Positions 26,041 to 37,156 of a stretch of DNA of 64,000 bases are shown here, one piece after another. The position numbers and the translations under genes were made by a program. This DNA is from an uncultured cyanobacterium. GTDB taxonomy: Bacteria > Cyanobacteriota > Cyanobacteriia > Pseudanabaenales > Pseudanabaenaceae. The stretch lies in NCBI GenBank assembly GCA_963703315.1, contig OY969811.1, positions 2,176,001-2,240,000 on the forward strand, written 5' to 3'. The notes below the pieces were generated by a model. It worked only from the letters and a program-made list of their open reading frames with translations, made no database searches and was not told where the DNA came from. The stretch's first letter is position 1, and each line of letters begins with the position of its first letter.

Positions 26041-28638
26041 CTAGTTGACTTTAAACTGAGATACGCTGACTTGCAACTCTTGGGCAACTTGAAGCAGTTC
26101 ATTAAAGGCGGCATTCAGACTTTCAGCATAGCTAGAGCTAGATGTGGCGATCGCGGCAACATTTTGGATTCTTTGGCTCACATCATTGGAAGTTTGGGAT
26201 TGCAGAACTGCCGCTTGGGAGATTTCGCGCACTAGTTGGTTAACTTGCTGACTGGATGCGGAAATATCCGTAAGTTTCTGACGAGTTTCTTCTACTAGTT
26301 GCGAACCACTGTTAACTTGTTTGGTTCCGACTGCCATTGCCTTTACTAAGTCATTAACCTGTGACTGAATCTCTTCGATCAACTGACGGATTTCCGTAGT
26401 CGCTTTTGCGGAACGCTGTGCCAAAGCGCGTACTTCGTTGGCAACTACCCCAAAGCCCTCACCTTCTTCCCCTGCTCTTGCCGCTTCAATCGAGGCATTC
26501 AGTGCCAACATATTCGTTTGGTTGGCAAAACCGCTAATTAATTTAACGACTTTAGAGATTTTTTGAGAAGCTTCTCCTAACTGTTGGACTTTCTCAGCAG
26601 TTTCCGACACTGTTTCTCGAATTGCGGTAAAACCTTCAACGGTAATATTCATCGCCGCATCACCTTCGAGCAGAGCTTTGTTCGCTGATTCTACTTGTGC
26701 TTCCGCCTGTACTGCCCGCAGTTCTACCCCCGCAATTAGTTCGGTTAAGTTATGAATGCGTTCGAGAGCTTCGGTGATCGCCTGTACCTGCTCAGTCGCT
26801 GCGCTTGATACATTTTGAATAGTTTGCTCGTTTTGAGAGACGGTTTGAGACACCGACTGAGAAGCAGTTTGGACTTCTAGTACCAATTTTCTGAGGTTTC
26901 TGATGGTCGAGTTATAGGAATCGGCGATCGTGCCAATCTCATCTTCAGTGACATTAGCGCGAATGGTTAAGTCGCCACGACTGATCGGGTCAACTTCAAT
27001 CAGCAGTTCGAGCGCCCGTTTTTGCAGAAATTCTTTCGCTTGACGTTGTTCTTGAATCCGCGACTCAGACTCAACTTGAATCACTTCCTGTCTGGCTTCA
27101 GCAATGCGCTCAGCCTCTAATTGCTTTTCTGCAATTAGCACTTCTAACTGCTCAGCCATGTTATTTAGCTCTTGCGATAAAGTGCCAATTTCATCGCCGC
27201 GATCGCTATCAGTTAGTCGCTCACTGATTTCCCCACGCCCCACCTTTTGGGTAAACCCCGACAAACGGCGTAATGGACTGGCAAAGGAACCTGCAATAAT
27301 TATGCCGATCGCGCTAGCAATCACAATCGAGATTCCTGCGATCGCATAACCAATATTTGATAGTCCTGACAATAGCTCTTGGATTTCAGAAAGTGGACGA
27401 CCCACATAGGCAATTCCCACAGGCTTTGTATTCAGATCGATGAGTTTCCGATGATCGTAGAGAGGCGCGTAGAAGGCGAGGTAGTTTACACCTGTGATGT
27501 TAGCATCGCCAACATATTCTTGTCCTTGCTGAAGTACGGCATTCGATACTTCACTGGAAGCGCGAGTCCCGATCGCCCGAGTATTATCGATACTTTTCGT
27601 GTTCGGATTAACGTAAGGAACATTGGTGGTAACTCGCCAATCCTGAGCAAAAATCGTTGCGGTGGGCATATTGTATCGTTTAGAAAATTTATCAACGATG
27701 CCATAGTTGCGATTGAGTAAAGCACCTACTATCGCCGTACCCACAACCCGTCCTTTAATTTTGATCGGATATACTGCCATACTGACCAGTCCCGATTTGC
27801 CCTGATCGATTTCATAGGTTCCCGATGGTGCTGGTTGCTTAGCCGCACTCAGTCCCTGAGTTGCTTGAGGACGGATACCAATATCTGCGGTTTTTTCTAG
27901 TCCTAAGGTTTGCAAATCTGAGGATTTTAGTAACTCGATGCCATACATTGGCTTACCTGTGGCGATCGCATTTTTGATAATCGGTAAATTCGCCAAGTCT
28001 GCCCCCGCAGGCAAAACACTCGGTTTATAGTTTTGAGGAACTAATTCTGCTTGATTTTTAGGCGCAAGCAGAGGAAACTTCGTCAAATCATCGTCCAGCA
28101 GCAGAATATTACCTTCAATGTTGCGTCCAAGATTATCGGTGACTAACTTCACATTCTTAATTGATTCTGGATCGCGACCTTCGCTACTAACTTGCAACAA
28201 TGGCTGTAGTATGGAGCGTTTTGCGGCTAGTTCTGTCGGATCACTTAAATTTAAGTTAGCATCTTCAATGGCTTTCGCGATCGCCTCAGCATCTTGCTTA
28301 CTTTCAGAATTTGTCCACATCACATATTCCGACACAAAGAAGGAGCCTTTTTCCTGTACCGAAGTTCGTAACTCTTTGAGAGCAGCTTGTTCTGAAGATC
28401 TAACTAGAGTCTGGGTGACGATGATCACTGGCAATCCTGAAGCCAATAACAGCACAATCGACAACTTCCAGCGTACACCCAAGTTATTCCAAGCTTGGAC
28501 TGGCAATTTCCAAAATGGAACTTTAGGATGCTCTTGAGCTATGGCTACGTCTCGTGATCTAATTTGGGTAACCGATCTTACTAGATTTGGTTCTGCACTA
28601 TCAGATGGTGGAATCTCTGGCTTATCTTTCAGTAACAT
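26041..28638 (-). CDS. Methyl-accepting chemotaxis protein (periplasmic Cache-like, HAMP)
   Basis: TM-periplasmic-TM-HAMP layout; [31 protein letters not shown]. Confidence 0.95.
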   Translation of the reverse strand: MLLKDKPEIPPSDSAEPNLVRSVTQIRSRDVAIAQEHPKVPFWKLPVQAWNNLGVRWKLSIVLLLASGLPVIIVTQTLVRSSEQAALKELRTSVQEKGSFFVSEYVMWTNSESKQDAEAIAKAIEDANLNLSDPTELAAKRSILQPLLQVSSEGRDPESIKNVKLVTDNLGRNIEGNILLLDDDLTKFPLLAPKNQAELVPQNYKPSVLPAGADLANLPIIKNAIATGKPMYGIELLKSSDLQTLGLEKTADIGIRPQATQGLSAAKQPAPSGTYEIDQGKSGLVSMAVYPIKIKGRVVGTAIVGALLNRNYGIVDKFSKRYNMPTATIFAQDWRVTTNVPYVNPNTKSIDNTRAIGTRASSEVSNAVLQQGQEYVGDANITGVNYLAFYAPLYDHRKLIDLNTKPVGIAYVGRPLSEIQELLSGLSNIGYAIAGISIVIASAIGIIIAGSFASPLRRLSGFTQKVGRGEISERLTDSDRGDEIGTLSQELNNMAEQLEVLIAEKQLEAERIAEARQEVIQVESESRIQEQRQAKEFLQKRALELLIEVDPISRGDLTIRANVTEDEIGTIADSYNSTIRNLRKLVLEVQTASQSVSQTVSQNEQTIQNVSSAATEQVQAITEALERIHNLTELIAGVELRAVQAEAQVESANKALLEGDAAMNITVEGFTAIRETVSETAEKVQQLGEASQKISKVVKLISGFANQTNMLALNASIEAARAGEEGEGFGVVANEVRALAQRSAKATTEIRQLIEEIQSQVNDLVKAMAVGTKQVNSGSQLVEETRQKLTDISASSQQVNQLVREISQAAVLQSQTSNDVSQRIQNVAAIATSSSSYAESLNAAFNELLQVAQELQVSVSQFKVN

Positions 28639-28667
28639 AATGCTTTCTCAATGGCGATGTGTTAAGT

Positions 28668-28704
28668 TCCCCTCTTCTGAGGGAGAGGGGCTAGGGGTGA
28701 GGGC
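28668..28704. repeat. Short cyanobacterial REP-like element
   Basis: TCCCCTCTTCTGAGGGAGAGGGGCTAGGGGTGAGGG hairpin plus G-rich tail between the two MCP genes. Confidence 0.6.
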
Positions 28705-31083
28705 TTAAGCAACTTTAAACTGAGCTACGCTTACTTGTAAGTCTTGAGCAACTTGCAACAGTTCAGAGAACGATCGCGCCACATCTTCAGACTGTTTAGA
28801 AGTGTCTTCAGCGATCGCCGCAATATCTTGCATTGCCTCACCGACGCGATCAGAGGTTTGAGTTTGCAGATCGGCAGCGATCGCAATTTCTTGCACAATC
28901 GTGTTAACTTGCTTACTAACCATCGCAATCTGAGTTAACTTTTCGCGAGCATTCTGCACCAGCTTTGTCCCTGTGACCACCTGCTCTGTCCCAGTTTCCA
29001 TCGCAGCAACTACTTCATTAGTTTGGGTCTGAATCTCTTCCACAAGCTGTTCAATTTCTGCGGTTGAGGTGGCGGACTGTTCCGCAAGGTCACGGACTTC
29101 TTCGGCAACCACACTAAAACCACGTCCTTCTTCACCCGCACGGGCGGCTTCAATGGCGGCATTGAGAGCGAGCAAGTTAGTTTGAGCAGCGAAGTTACTA
29201 ATCAAGTTGACGATCCGCGAAATCTTTTGCGAAGTCTCGCCCAGACGCTTGACCTTCTTGGCTGTTTCCGACACAGTTTCCCGAATCTCCGAAATCCCCA
29301 AAACTGTGCGGTTCATTGCCTCATCTCCTTCTTGGAGAACAGACACCGCTACTTGCATTCCATTTTCTGCTTGTTTCGCTTTGGTTCCTACACCTCGACT
29401 CGACTCAGCCATGCCTTTAATTTCCTGTAGCGCCGAGTTGATTGATTCTGATTGTTTGAGTGCTTCATTAGATACCGATCGCACCGAGAGTTCGTTACTG
29501 GTTGCCGTAGTCGTAACTGACTGTGAAGCTCCTTGTACTTCTAATACCAGCTTCCGTAAGTTGCGAATAATCGCATTATAGGAGTCGGCGATCGTCCCAA
29601 CTTCATCGGCAGTGACGTTAGCGCGAATCGTCAAATCACCGCGACTTACAGGATCAACTTCGATTAATAGCTCCAAAGCTCGACGTTGCAAAAATTCTTT
29701 TTCTTGTCTTTGTTGATCGGCACTAGCATCGGCATCAGCACGGGCTTCTTGACGGGCTAGCTCCAATCTTTCTGCTTCTAGTTGTTGTTCCGCAATCAGA
29801 GCTTCGAGTTGAGCAGCCATTTGATTAATGTTTTCTCCCAAAACCGCAAACTCATCTTCACCATCAACAACTAAGCGAGTTTGCAGTTCTCCCTGACCGA
29901 TTTTGCTAACCGCCGTCGCTGCGTCTTTAATCGGTTTGGTAGCTCGACTAGCCACAGTCGCCGCCAAGAAACCCACAATTAAAGCGGTAATTCCCGTTCC
30001 TGTGGCGAGGGTAAATAGCAAATCCCGTTGAGGCTTAAAAGCAAATTCGGTATCGATCGCAATGATTAGTCCCAAGTTCAGATTAGGCATATTGCGATAG
30101 GTGGGCAATGGCACATAGTTCAATAGCTGCTCTTTCTTATTGAAACGATCGACATCAACTACGACACCTGCTGTTTTATTGGCGATCGCTGATGCTAGTT
30201 GGGGGAAATCCTCTTTAGATTGCCGATCTACTTGCAAATTTTCCTTAGCCAGAAACATCTTTCCTGTCGCATCGATTAAATGATATTCATCCTCCTCATT
30301 AACGCTTCCTTGAATAATATCGACAAGGTTCTCAATGGGCATTCTTGTACGCACAACCCCAATCAACTTATTTGAGCCAGCTTCTTTAACGGGTGCAGAG
30401 ATAAAGAAGTTAACGGTTTTATTGACAGTTGATCGTCCAGGTTGACTGATAAAGGGTTTTCCTGTGGCTAGAGGGGTTTTGAAAAAATCACGTTCTTTGA
30501 TGCTAGAGGCGGGATCTTGGGTAATTGTGGAACGGATTGGCGTAGTCCCATCCAACTCGGCAAAAGCAATTAGGGTATATACTCCATAGGTTCTAGCATA
30601 TTCATTCAATACAGTTTCTCGCTCAGTTTGCGTCATTACCGTCTGTACTTTGCGATTAGCTAAAATTGGATGTCCTGCTAATACCTGAATATCACCATAG
30701 CGCTCATACATAAAGCGGTTGATCTTATCGGCGATCGCACTCGTTTTTTGCTGTTGCGTGTCGCGAATCCGTTCATCAAGCGATCGGCTGGCGAAGTAAT
30801 AGGCAGCACCACCGATCGCCACAACGGGAACTGTACTGAGTAACACTGCCAAAAAGATGGCTTTAGTACCAAGACTGAGCGATCGCCACCTTTGGCTTTT
30901 CGGTTTATTGGCAGTAATCGATGAATTGATATCATCTGGGGATAGATCATCAAGACCAAGCAATTTACGCTCTAATTCTTGTTCTATTTGCTCTTGTTCT
31001 ACCTGCTGACTAGTAAATGCCTCAACTGCTTTCCCATTTGCGGCTTTAGCATCGCCTTGGGATTCATTTTTTTGCGTTAGCAT
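28705..31083 (-). CDS. Methyl-accepting chemotaxis protein (dCache-like, HAMP)
   Basis: [13 protein letters not shown]ache start; [31 protein letters not shown]. Confidence 0.95.
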   Translation of the reverse strand: MLTQKNESQGDAKAANGKAVEAFTSQQVEQEQIEQELERKLLGLDDLSPDDINSSITANKPKSQRWRSLSLGTKAIFLAVLLSTVPVVAIGGAAYYFASRSLDERIRDTQQQKTSAIADKINRFMYERYGDIQVLAGHPILANRKVQTVMTQTERETVLNEYARTYGVYTLIAFAELDGTTPIRSTITQDPASSIKERDFFKTPLATGKPFISQPGRSTVNKTVNFFISAPVKEAGSNKLIGVVRTRMPIENLVDIIQGSVNEEDEYHLIDATGKMFLAKENLQVDRQSKEDFPQLASAIANKTAGVVVDVDRFNKKEQLLNYVPLPTYRNMPNLNLGLIIAIDTEFAFKPQRDLLFTLATGTGITALIVGFLAATVASRATKPIKDAATAVSKIGQGELQTRLVVDGEDEFAVLGENINQMAAQLEALIAEQQLEAERLELARQEARADADASADQQRQEKEFLQRRALELLIEVDPVSRGDLTIRANVTADEVGTIADSYNAIIRNLRKLVLEVQGASQSVTTTATSNELSVRSVSNEALKQSESINSALQEIKGMAESSRGVGTKAKQAENGMQVAVSVLQEGDEAMNRTVLGISEIRETVSETAKKVKRLGETSQKISRIVNLISNFAAQTNLLALNAAIEAARAGEEGRGFSVVAEEVRDLAEQSATSTAEIEQLVEEIQTQTNEVVAAMETGTEQVVTGTKLVQNAREKLTQIAMVSKQVNTIVQEIAIAADLQTQTSDRVGEAMQDIAAIAEDTSKQSEDVARSFSELLQVAQDLQVSVAQFKVA

Positions 31084-31158
31084 TGTCTTTTTTACTCCCA
31101 GTTATTAAAAAACATCAAATATCAAATATTAAAGATAGAAAATAAAACTCATTAAAAT

Positions 31159-31683
31159 CTATTGAACATTTTGGACGAGCGCATTACCATCAAGCACTAA
31201 AAGCGCTTCGTTTCTAGCATTTAGCCAGTAGCCAGCACAAACCTCAGCCAAGATAGCATTCCTAAAAGCAAGTGCAGAAGATTGGATTTGGGTAGCATCA
31301 CATCTCACCATCTGTCCCAGATGATGCACAGCAAAGCCAACAATCATTTCCTGACTGCGTAGAAATAGAATGTGATAACTATCTTGAAATTTACTAAAAC
31401 TATGGTCTTGAGCATAGAGGGGGGTATAGCCTAAAAGATTTGCCAGATCAACGATCCAAACGACATCACCCCGCCAGTTATAAATGCCCATAACACTAGG
31501 AGCCAAACCCGCGATCGCCGTTATTTGTGACAACCGCACTTTGACGATTTCCAGTAACTGATGTGTTGGCAATAGAGCTTTTTGCTGCGATTCAAGCGAA
31601 AAGGTGAGGAACAGATCATTAGTTGACTGGTTGGCATCTAACCGAGACAATTTTTGCTGATTACCAACCGTCTGATTTGTCAT
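31159..31683 (-). CDS. cheW: CheW-like protein
   Basis: VMGIYNWRGDVVWIVDL. Confidence 0.9.
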   Translation of the reverse strand: MTNQTVGNQQKLSRLDANQSTNDLFLTFSLESQQKALLPTHQLLEIVKVRLSQITAIAGLAPSVMGIYNWRGDVVWIVDLANLLGYTPLYAQDHSFSKFQDSYHILFLRSQEMIVGFAVHHLGQMVRCDATQIQSSALAFRNAILAEVCAGYWLNARNEALLVLDGNALVQNVQ

Positions 31684-31717
31684 AGTGATTATCCTCCCAA
31701 ATCCCTTGTTTTGATCT

Positions 31718-32083
31718 TTAATCTTTCACGAGCAGTTTCAATGTCCGCACCAGTTCAGCCGTATCCACAGGTTTAGTAAGATAAGCTGAGGCTCCTTGTT
31801 TCAAACCCCAGAATTTATCCATTTCACCACTCTTTGTCGAACAAAGCACAATCGGAATATCCTTAGTTTCAGGCTTATCTTTCAGATCTCGACACAACTC
31901 AAAACCACTTTCATTAGGCAAAACTACATCCAAGACAATGGCGTTAGGTTTCTGCTGTTTGATTTTGGCTCTCGCCTCCTCACCATTAGTGGCTAAAACC
32001 GTGGTAAAGCCAGCATTTCTAAGAGTTCCCGTTAGAATTTCTGCCTGAGTTAATGTGTCTTCAACTATTAAAATTGTACTCAT
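31718..32083 (-). CDS. CheY-like response regulator (PilH-type)
   Basis: Single REC domain: IVED...LDVVLP...STK...DKFWGLKQGA..Y.TKP. Confidence 0.9.
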   Translation of the reverse strand: MSTILIVEDTLTQAEILTGTLRNAGFTTVLATNGEEARAKIKQQKPNAIVLDVVLPNESGFELCRDLKDKPETKDIPIVLCSTKSGEMDKFWGLKQGASAYLTKPVDTAELVRTLKLLVKD

Positions 32084-32117
32084 ATTCTAAAAATTTTCCT
32101 TGATTTTGTTCAGCGAA

Positions 32118-33332
32118 TTAATTAGTATCGGATATCTGCAAAAACTTACGCAGGATTTGCAAGACTTTGATAGGGTCAGGAGGTTTGCTCAAAAAGTCTG
32201 ATGAGCCAGCCATTTTTGCCCTCACTCGATCAATGACCCCATCTCGTCCCGTCAAAATTACAATCGGGATTTCTTGAAATGTAGTAGTTTTGCGTAAAAA
32301 GGTACATAGTTCATAGCCATTAGTATTTGGCATGATTAAATCCAGAAAGATCAAGTCTGGTTTGCGTTGCAATAAAGTACTGACACTCTGGAGAGGTTCT
32401 GTAATTCCCAATACCTCATATCCTAAAGGTTCTAAAATACGGCGCATTTCGATCTCAACTTGAGGGCTATCATCAATGCAAGCAATTAAACCTCGATGTT
32501 TAGTTTCATTAGGCTTGTCGGGAATCTTCCATTTAGGTGATGTCCAATCCGAAATTTCCTGAAAAGCAACAATTCCATCTACTACTAGGGGTAAGAGCGA
32601 TCGCATCACGGCAATCATCGAACAATGCATAATCGCCGATAAATCCCAGAGAGTATTTTTACCATTCAGAATTTTCTTTAAAGTGTTATAGGTTTTACTA
32701 CTGATTGCCTCCGCATTGAGCATCACATCTAACTGATCGGGATTAGCAATATAGGCTACTAAATCAAAGGAAAAACCCTGAATCATGTTCTGTACATGGG
32801 AAAGCCCTGCCTGTTGCCACTTTTGCTGCGCGGCGACAATACTATCTAAGGTCTGTATCGCTGAGAGCGCCACAATAGGCTTAAACGAGAGGGCATCTAA
32901 AGGATTCCACGATGACTTGGGTTGTTTCTGCTCACTGAGACTATAGAAAACCTCATGAATACTGGACTGAATAATCGCTCGCGCCTGTTCTGTCGTCAGT
33001 TGGTGCGCCTGAATCGCTTTCTCAATAACCCTGATCTCCCAAGCTTCAGTCGTTGGGTCAGCACTTTCCAGAAGTTCGTTAATATTTATGTTTTGAGAAT
33101 TTTGACGAATTGCTCTTGCCAATCGCCGCACGCGATGCTTACCACCTGTAGCATATACCAATCGCCCCAGATAGAAATATATATGCCAAATCGGATCTGA
33201 TGGATTGTCTCCAGTTACTACTAATTCACCAGTAGCTTGCTGAAACAAAACGTGTAAATGCTTCAAATCTTGAATAAACTTAGGAAGTGACTGCGTTGAT
33301 GTGTCCACTGGGCAAGGTCTGGTAAGTAGCAT
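32118..33332 (-). CDS. PatA-family response regulator (PATAN + REC)
   Basis: WHIYFYLGRLVYATGGKHRVRR N-domain; IACIDDSP...LDLIMP...RAKMAGSSDFLSKP. Confidence 0.9.
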   Translation of the reverse strand: MLLTRPCPVDTSTQSLPKFIQDLKHLHVLFQQATGELVVTGDNPSDPIWHIYFYLGRLVYATGGKHRVRRLARAIRQNSQNININELLESADPTTEAWEIRVIEKAIQAHQLTTEQARAIIQSSIHEVFYSLSEQKQPKSSWNPLDALSFKPIVALSAIQTLDSIVAAQQKWQQAGLSHVQNMIQGFSFDLVAYIANPDQLDVMLNAEAISSKTYNTLKKILNGKNTLWDLSAIMHCSMIAVMRSLLPLVVDGIVAFQEISDWTSPKWKIPDKPNETKHRGLIACIDDSPQVEIEMRRILEPLGYEVLGITEPLQSVSTLLQRKPDLIFLDLIMPNTNGYELCTFLRKTTTFQEIPIVILTGRDGVIDRVRAKMAGSSDFLSKPPDPIKVLQILRKFLQISDTN

Positions 33333-33465
33333 TTATAATCAATATCGAGAATCACATACTAAAGGCATATTGATTGCCTTTACTCATTATCTATAGTTCC
33401 CTGTTTTCTGCTAATTGTTTACTGTATTTAAATATATTTTTGAATATATATTTAAATATATATTT

Positions 33466-33620
33466 TAGGACTTACAGGGCTTTGCACAGCATTAAAAATT
33501 TCTCTGTACCACTTAAAGTCTCAATAAACGATATGCAAGAAAACCTCGAAACCCGCATTTCATTGTCGTAGGGACAATTCATGAATTGTCCCTACATTTC
33601 GTCATTTTGCGTAAGCCCTA
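33466..33620. mobile_element. MITE-like element with TAGGACTTAC/GTAAGCCCTA termini containing a GTAG-type REP hairpin
   Basis: Imperfect terminal IR; internal GTAGGGACAATTCATGAATTGTCCCTAC palindrome at about 33567-33594. Confidence 0.55.
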
Positions 33621-33795
33621 AATTTATCAAGAGAATACAAAAAGAAATTACCAAAAGAATAATAAGATAATTATTGGATAGTTGTTGTTTAAGCAACATT
33701 ACAAGTCATTTTAGAAGCATAACTATAGCATGAACATTAATTTTTGCTATGAATTATTCCCTTTCCCCCAATAAATAGACACTACAAAGTCAAGA

Positions 33796-33868
33796 ATTGG
33801 TGATGCGGGGCAAAGCCCCGCATCACCAATAAATCTGTAGCGCAGGAGCAGTGTGCGCTACAGATTTA
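33796..33868. repeat. Two adjacent palindromes
   Basis: ATTGGTGATGCGGGGC-AAA-GCCCCGCATCACCAAT and TAAATCTGTAGCGCA...TGCGCTACAGATTTA. Confidence 0.75.
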
Positions 33869-33953
33869 AATCTAATTTTTAATTGTGCCGAGGTGCTTAA
33901 CTTAAAGTTGAATTTACTTTAAAGATATTTAGATAGAAACTTTATAATTTTTT

Positions 33954-35585
33954 GTGGTTGAGCCTATGTATGCTAGTAGTCGAGAAGTACCAATCGAACA
34001 GGCGATCATCCGCAATCCTCTCATAATTTCCGCAGATGCAACCATTGCCGATGCGATCGCCCTCATGAGTGCCAGCAGTCAAACCTGTCACTTATCTTGT
34101 GATATCGACTCAGAAGCAAGTTTGCAATTAGCTCATGCTCAAAACAGTTGCATTTTAGTAACGGAGGGAAAAAAATTAATTGGCATTTTGACTGAGCGTG
34201 ACTTAATTAAATTTTGTGGTCAGCATAATGACACTGAAAATACAACTAAAAGTTTAGGGCAGAATCTCATCGAAACAGCGATCATCGAAGTGATGGTTTA
34301 TCCAGTCTATGCCCTATTGGAGTGGGAATTTACCGACATACTTGTACCAATCAATCGGTTTCATCGCTATAAAATTCGCCATTTACCCCTAGTGAATGAT
34401 CAAGGGGAAGTTGTCGGTTTACTCACCCATGAGAGTTTACGACAATTGCTCCGTCCCGTTGATATGTTGCGGTTGCGCCGTGTCAGTGAGGTATTAGTGA
34501 CACAGGTAGTCCATGCACAACCGACAGATTCAGTTACTAAGATTGCGAGCTTGATGGCAGAACAAGTTGTGAGTTCTGTAATCATCACAGAAACAAGAGA
34601 TGGAAGTTTGTTCCCTTTAGGAATTATTACTGAAGGAGATATCGTTCAATACCTTGCTCTAGAGATAGATCTCACGACAACACCAGCGCAAATAGTCATG
34701 AGTTACCCAGTTGCCTCTGTGGGAGCAGATGAAACCCTGTGGGCAGTACGAGAGATTATGCAGGAACGGATGATTAATCACTTAGTCGTCATTGGTACAA
34801 ATGGACAAATGGAAGGAATTGTGAGCCAGAGCGATCTGCTCAAGACCTTGCAACCTAATGAGATTTACAAATTAGTCTCGAGTCTAGAAAATAAGATGTC
34901 GAGGCTAGAGCAGGAGAAACTAGAGCTGTTGCAGAGTCGAAATAAATTATTGGAGAGTCAAGTACAGGAGAGTAATGCAGCGCTCATTGATGGCAACAAT
35001 ATATTTCAGCAATTTGCGGAAAACAATCGCGGGGCGATCGTGATTCGTGATGTTAGTTCTGGCAAGTTCTTGTATGTGAGTCCTGCATACGCCGAAATAT
35101 GGGGTAAGTCCTGTGAAAGCTTATATGAAGATCCTCAGTCTTGGATGATGTCTATTCATCCTGAAGATAGCGATCGCATTATTCAAGGCTACACATCAAA
35201 AGCAAATACTGGTTTTTTTAGTGAAGAATATCGAGTTGTTCGTCCGAATGGACAAATATGTTGGGTATGGGGAAGATATTTTCCGATTAAGAATGCCTAT
35301 GGAGAAACCTATCGGATTGCCGCAATTATTGAAGATATTAGCGATCGCAAATATGCCGAAATAGCCTTAATGCAGCGTAAACAATCCGATGAGTTTATTG
35401 CCAATATGAGCCGTGAACTACAGACACCGCTCAATGATATTTTGGGGATGTCTGAAGGTTTACTAGATGGTGTATTTGGGGAGCTTAATGAACAACAGCA
35501 GCGATCGCTATCTCTAATCCAAACTAGTGGTCAGCGTTTATTAGAGTTAATTAATAATGTTTTAAATGTCAGCGACTTATCATAG
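33954..35585 (+). CDS. CBS(x4)-PAS protein with degenerate HisKA (His replaced by Arg) and no HATPase
   Basis: GILTERD, IRHLPLV, GIITEGD CBS motifs; PAS (YVSPAY..IHPED..EYRVVRPNG..EDISDRK); ANMSRELQTPLN, then stop. Confidence 0.8.
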   Translation: MVEPMYASSREVPIEQAIIRNPLIISADATIADAIALMSASSQTCHLSCDIDSEASLQLAHAQNSCILVTEGKKLIGILTERDLIKFCGQHNDTENTTKSLGQNLIETAIIEVMVYPVYALLEWEFTDILVPINRFHRYKIRHLPLVNDQGEVVGLLTHESLRQLLRPVDMLRLRRVSEVLVTQVVHAQPTDSVTKIASLMAEQVVSSVIITETRDGSLFPLGIITEGDIVQYLALEIDLTTTPAQIVMSYPVASVGADETLWAVREIMQERMINHLVVIGTNGQMEGIVSQSDLLKTLQPNEIYKLVSSLENKMSRLEQEKLELLQSRNKLLESQVQESNAALIDGNNIFQQFAENNRGAIVIRDVSSGKFLYVSPAYAEIWGKSCESLYEDPQSWMMSIHPEDSDRIIQGYTSKANTGFFSEEYRVVRPNGQICWVWGRYFPIKNAYGETYRIAAIIEDISDRKYAEIALMQRKQSDEFIANMSRELQTPLNDILGMSEGLLDGVFGELNEQQQRSLSLIQTSGQRLLELINNVLNVSDLS

Positions 35586-35613
35586 AGGGGCGGCGCTTCG
35601 CGCCGCCCCTCTA
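35583..35613. repeat. Palindrome with TTC/GAA loop between convergent genes
   Basis: TAGAGGGGCGGCGC-TTC-GCGCCGCCCCTCTA. Confidence 0.8.
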
Positions 35614-35615
35614 AA

Positions 35616-37001
35616 TTATTGCCAAGTCTGACGAAATGCTTTGACCACTTGATCCATACCGACAGAACGAGAAGCTTTAAATAGAATCCGATCGCCTTTT
35701 TCCACTTTTTGTAAGAGGGTCTGCGTGATGTCGTCATAGGAATTACAGGCGATCGCATATTGGAGTGAGCCATTTGCACCCGCTAGAATTGCATCAGCCT
35801 CACCATCTGCCAAAATAATCGCTCCTTCTATTTTCAAATTACCAAGCTCTTTGCCTACTTGCTGATGTAAATGAGTAGACATTTCTCCTAGTTCTTTCAT
35901 CGTGCCGAGTACAGCCCAATGACGTTTAGCAGGCATATCCGCTAACTGTCGCAAAGCCGCTAACATTCCTTCAGGTGAGGCATTATAGGTTTCATCAAGA
36001 ATGACCACATCTTGAGGCAATTCGTATAACTGCGCTCGACCAAAGGGAAGATCTAATTTGTCAATTCCTTGCGTGGTTTTATGCCAATCAAGATTTAGGG
36101 CTTTGAGAACTGCTAAACCTGCCAAAAAGTTCAAAGCATTATGAATGCCGGGTAAAGGTAAATCCCAAGATAAATCACCGACATGAAGCCGATCATTAAT
36201 CAGTTCTCCATTAACATCACCAATACCCAATCCATAAGTAATCGTTTTACCTTGCCAAACCTTACTGGCGGTTTCTAATAATAGGGGATTGCTCGCATTG
36301 AGAACTGCTGTGCCATTTGCGGGAGTCTCGGCAAGTAGCTCACATTTGGCTTGGGCGATCGCCTCACGCGAACCCAATCTACCAATATGTGCAGTCCCCA
36401 CATTTGTGATCACACTTACCGTCGGTAAAGCTGTTCTGGCAAGGCGGGCGATTTCCCCTAAGCCGCGCATTCCCATTTCAACTACTACAAAATCATCGCG
36501 CTCTGGGGCGATCGCTAATAAAGTTTGGGCAACGCCAATGTCATTATTATGATTGGCTTGGCTTTTGTGAACTTGTTTATTGGTTGAGACATAGCCAGCC
36601 AACATACTCGCAATAATTTCTTTAGTTGTGGTTTTGCCCACCGAGCCTGTTATTGAGACTACGGGTCGAGAAAACTGCGATCGCCACCATCTTGCCAAAT
36701 CCTGATACGCCGTGAGGGGATCACTGACTGCAAGCAGGGGTAGTCCTTGCGCTGCTTCAGAATTTGCCCACTCATGAGTCACGATCGCCGCCACCGCACC
36801 CTGAGCAATCACCTGTGCCACAAATCCATGACCATCAAAATTTTCGCCAGTTAATGCCACAAATAACTCGCCAGCTTTGAGCTTGCGGCTATCGGAAACA
36901 ACACCCCTAATTTCTATATTGTCCTGTGCGTTTTCATCAATATTAGATACTGTTGCCGATGTAATGGCGATCGCTTGGCTGATCGTACAAATAAAGGTCA
37001 T
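35616..37001 (-). CDS. murF: UDP-N-acetylmuramoyl-tripeptide--D-Ala-D-Ala ligase
   Basis: DSRK..GELFVAL.GENFDGH, ITGSVGKTTTKE, NNDIG, EMGM, YNASP, KASR. Confidence 0.95.
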   Translation of the reverse strand: MTFICTISQAIAITSATVSNIDENAQDNIEIRGVVSDSRKLKAGELFVALTGENFDGHGFVAQVIAQGAVAAIVTHEWANSEAAQGLPLLAVSDPLTAYQDLARWWRSQFSRPVVSITGSVGKTTTKEIIASMLAGYVSTNKQVHKSQANHNNDIGVAQTLLAIAPERDDFVVVEMGMRGLGEIARLARTALPTVSVITNVGTAHIGRLGSREAIAQAKCELLAETPANGTAVLNASNPLLLETASKVWQGKTITYGLGIGDVNGELINDRLHVGDLSWDLPLPGIHNALNFLAGLAVLKALNLDWHKTTQGIDKLDLPFGRAQLYELPQDVVILDETYNASPEGMLAALRQLADMPAKRHWAVLGTMKELGEMSTHLHQQVGKELGNLKIEGAIILADGEADAILAGANGSLQYAIACNSYDDITQTLLQKVEKGDRILFKASRSVGMDQVVKAFRQTWQ

Positions 37002-37156
37002 GCTGGATTTTTTCTGTTCTGATCTGATCTGTTCTATTCTGAGCTTAAGATACATTGCTTCACATAGCAATCTGAAATGATTGATAACCAAAAAGAGTTG
37101 TGAAAGGCGTACCCGTAGGATGTGCCTTTCACAACTCTTTTTGGATTGCGATATTA

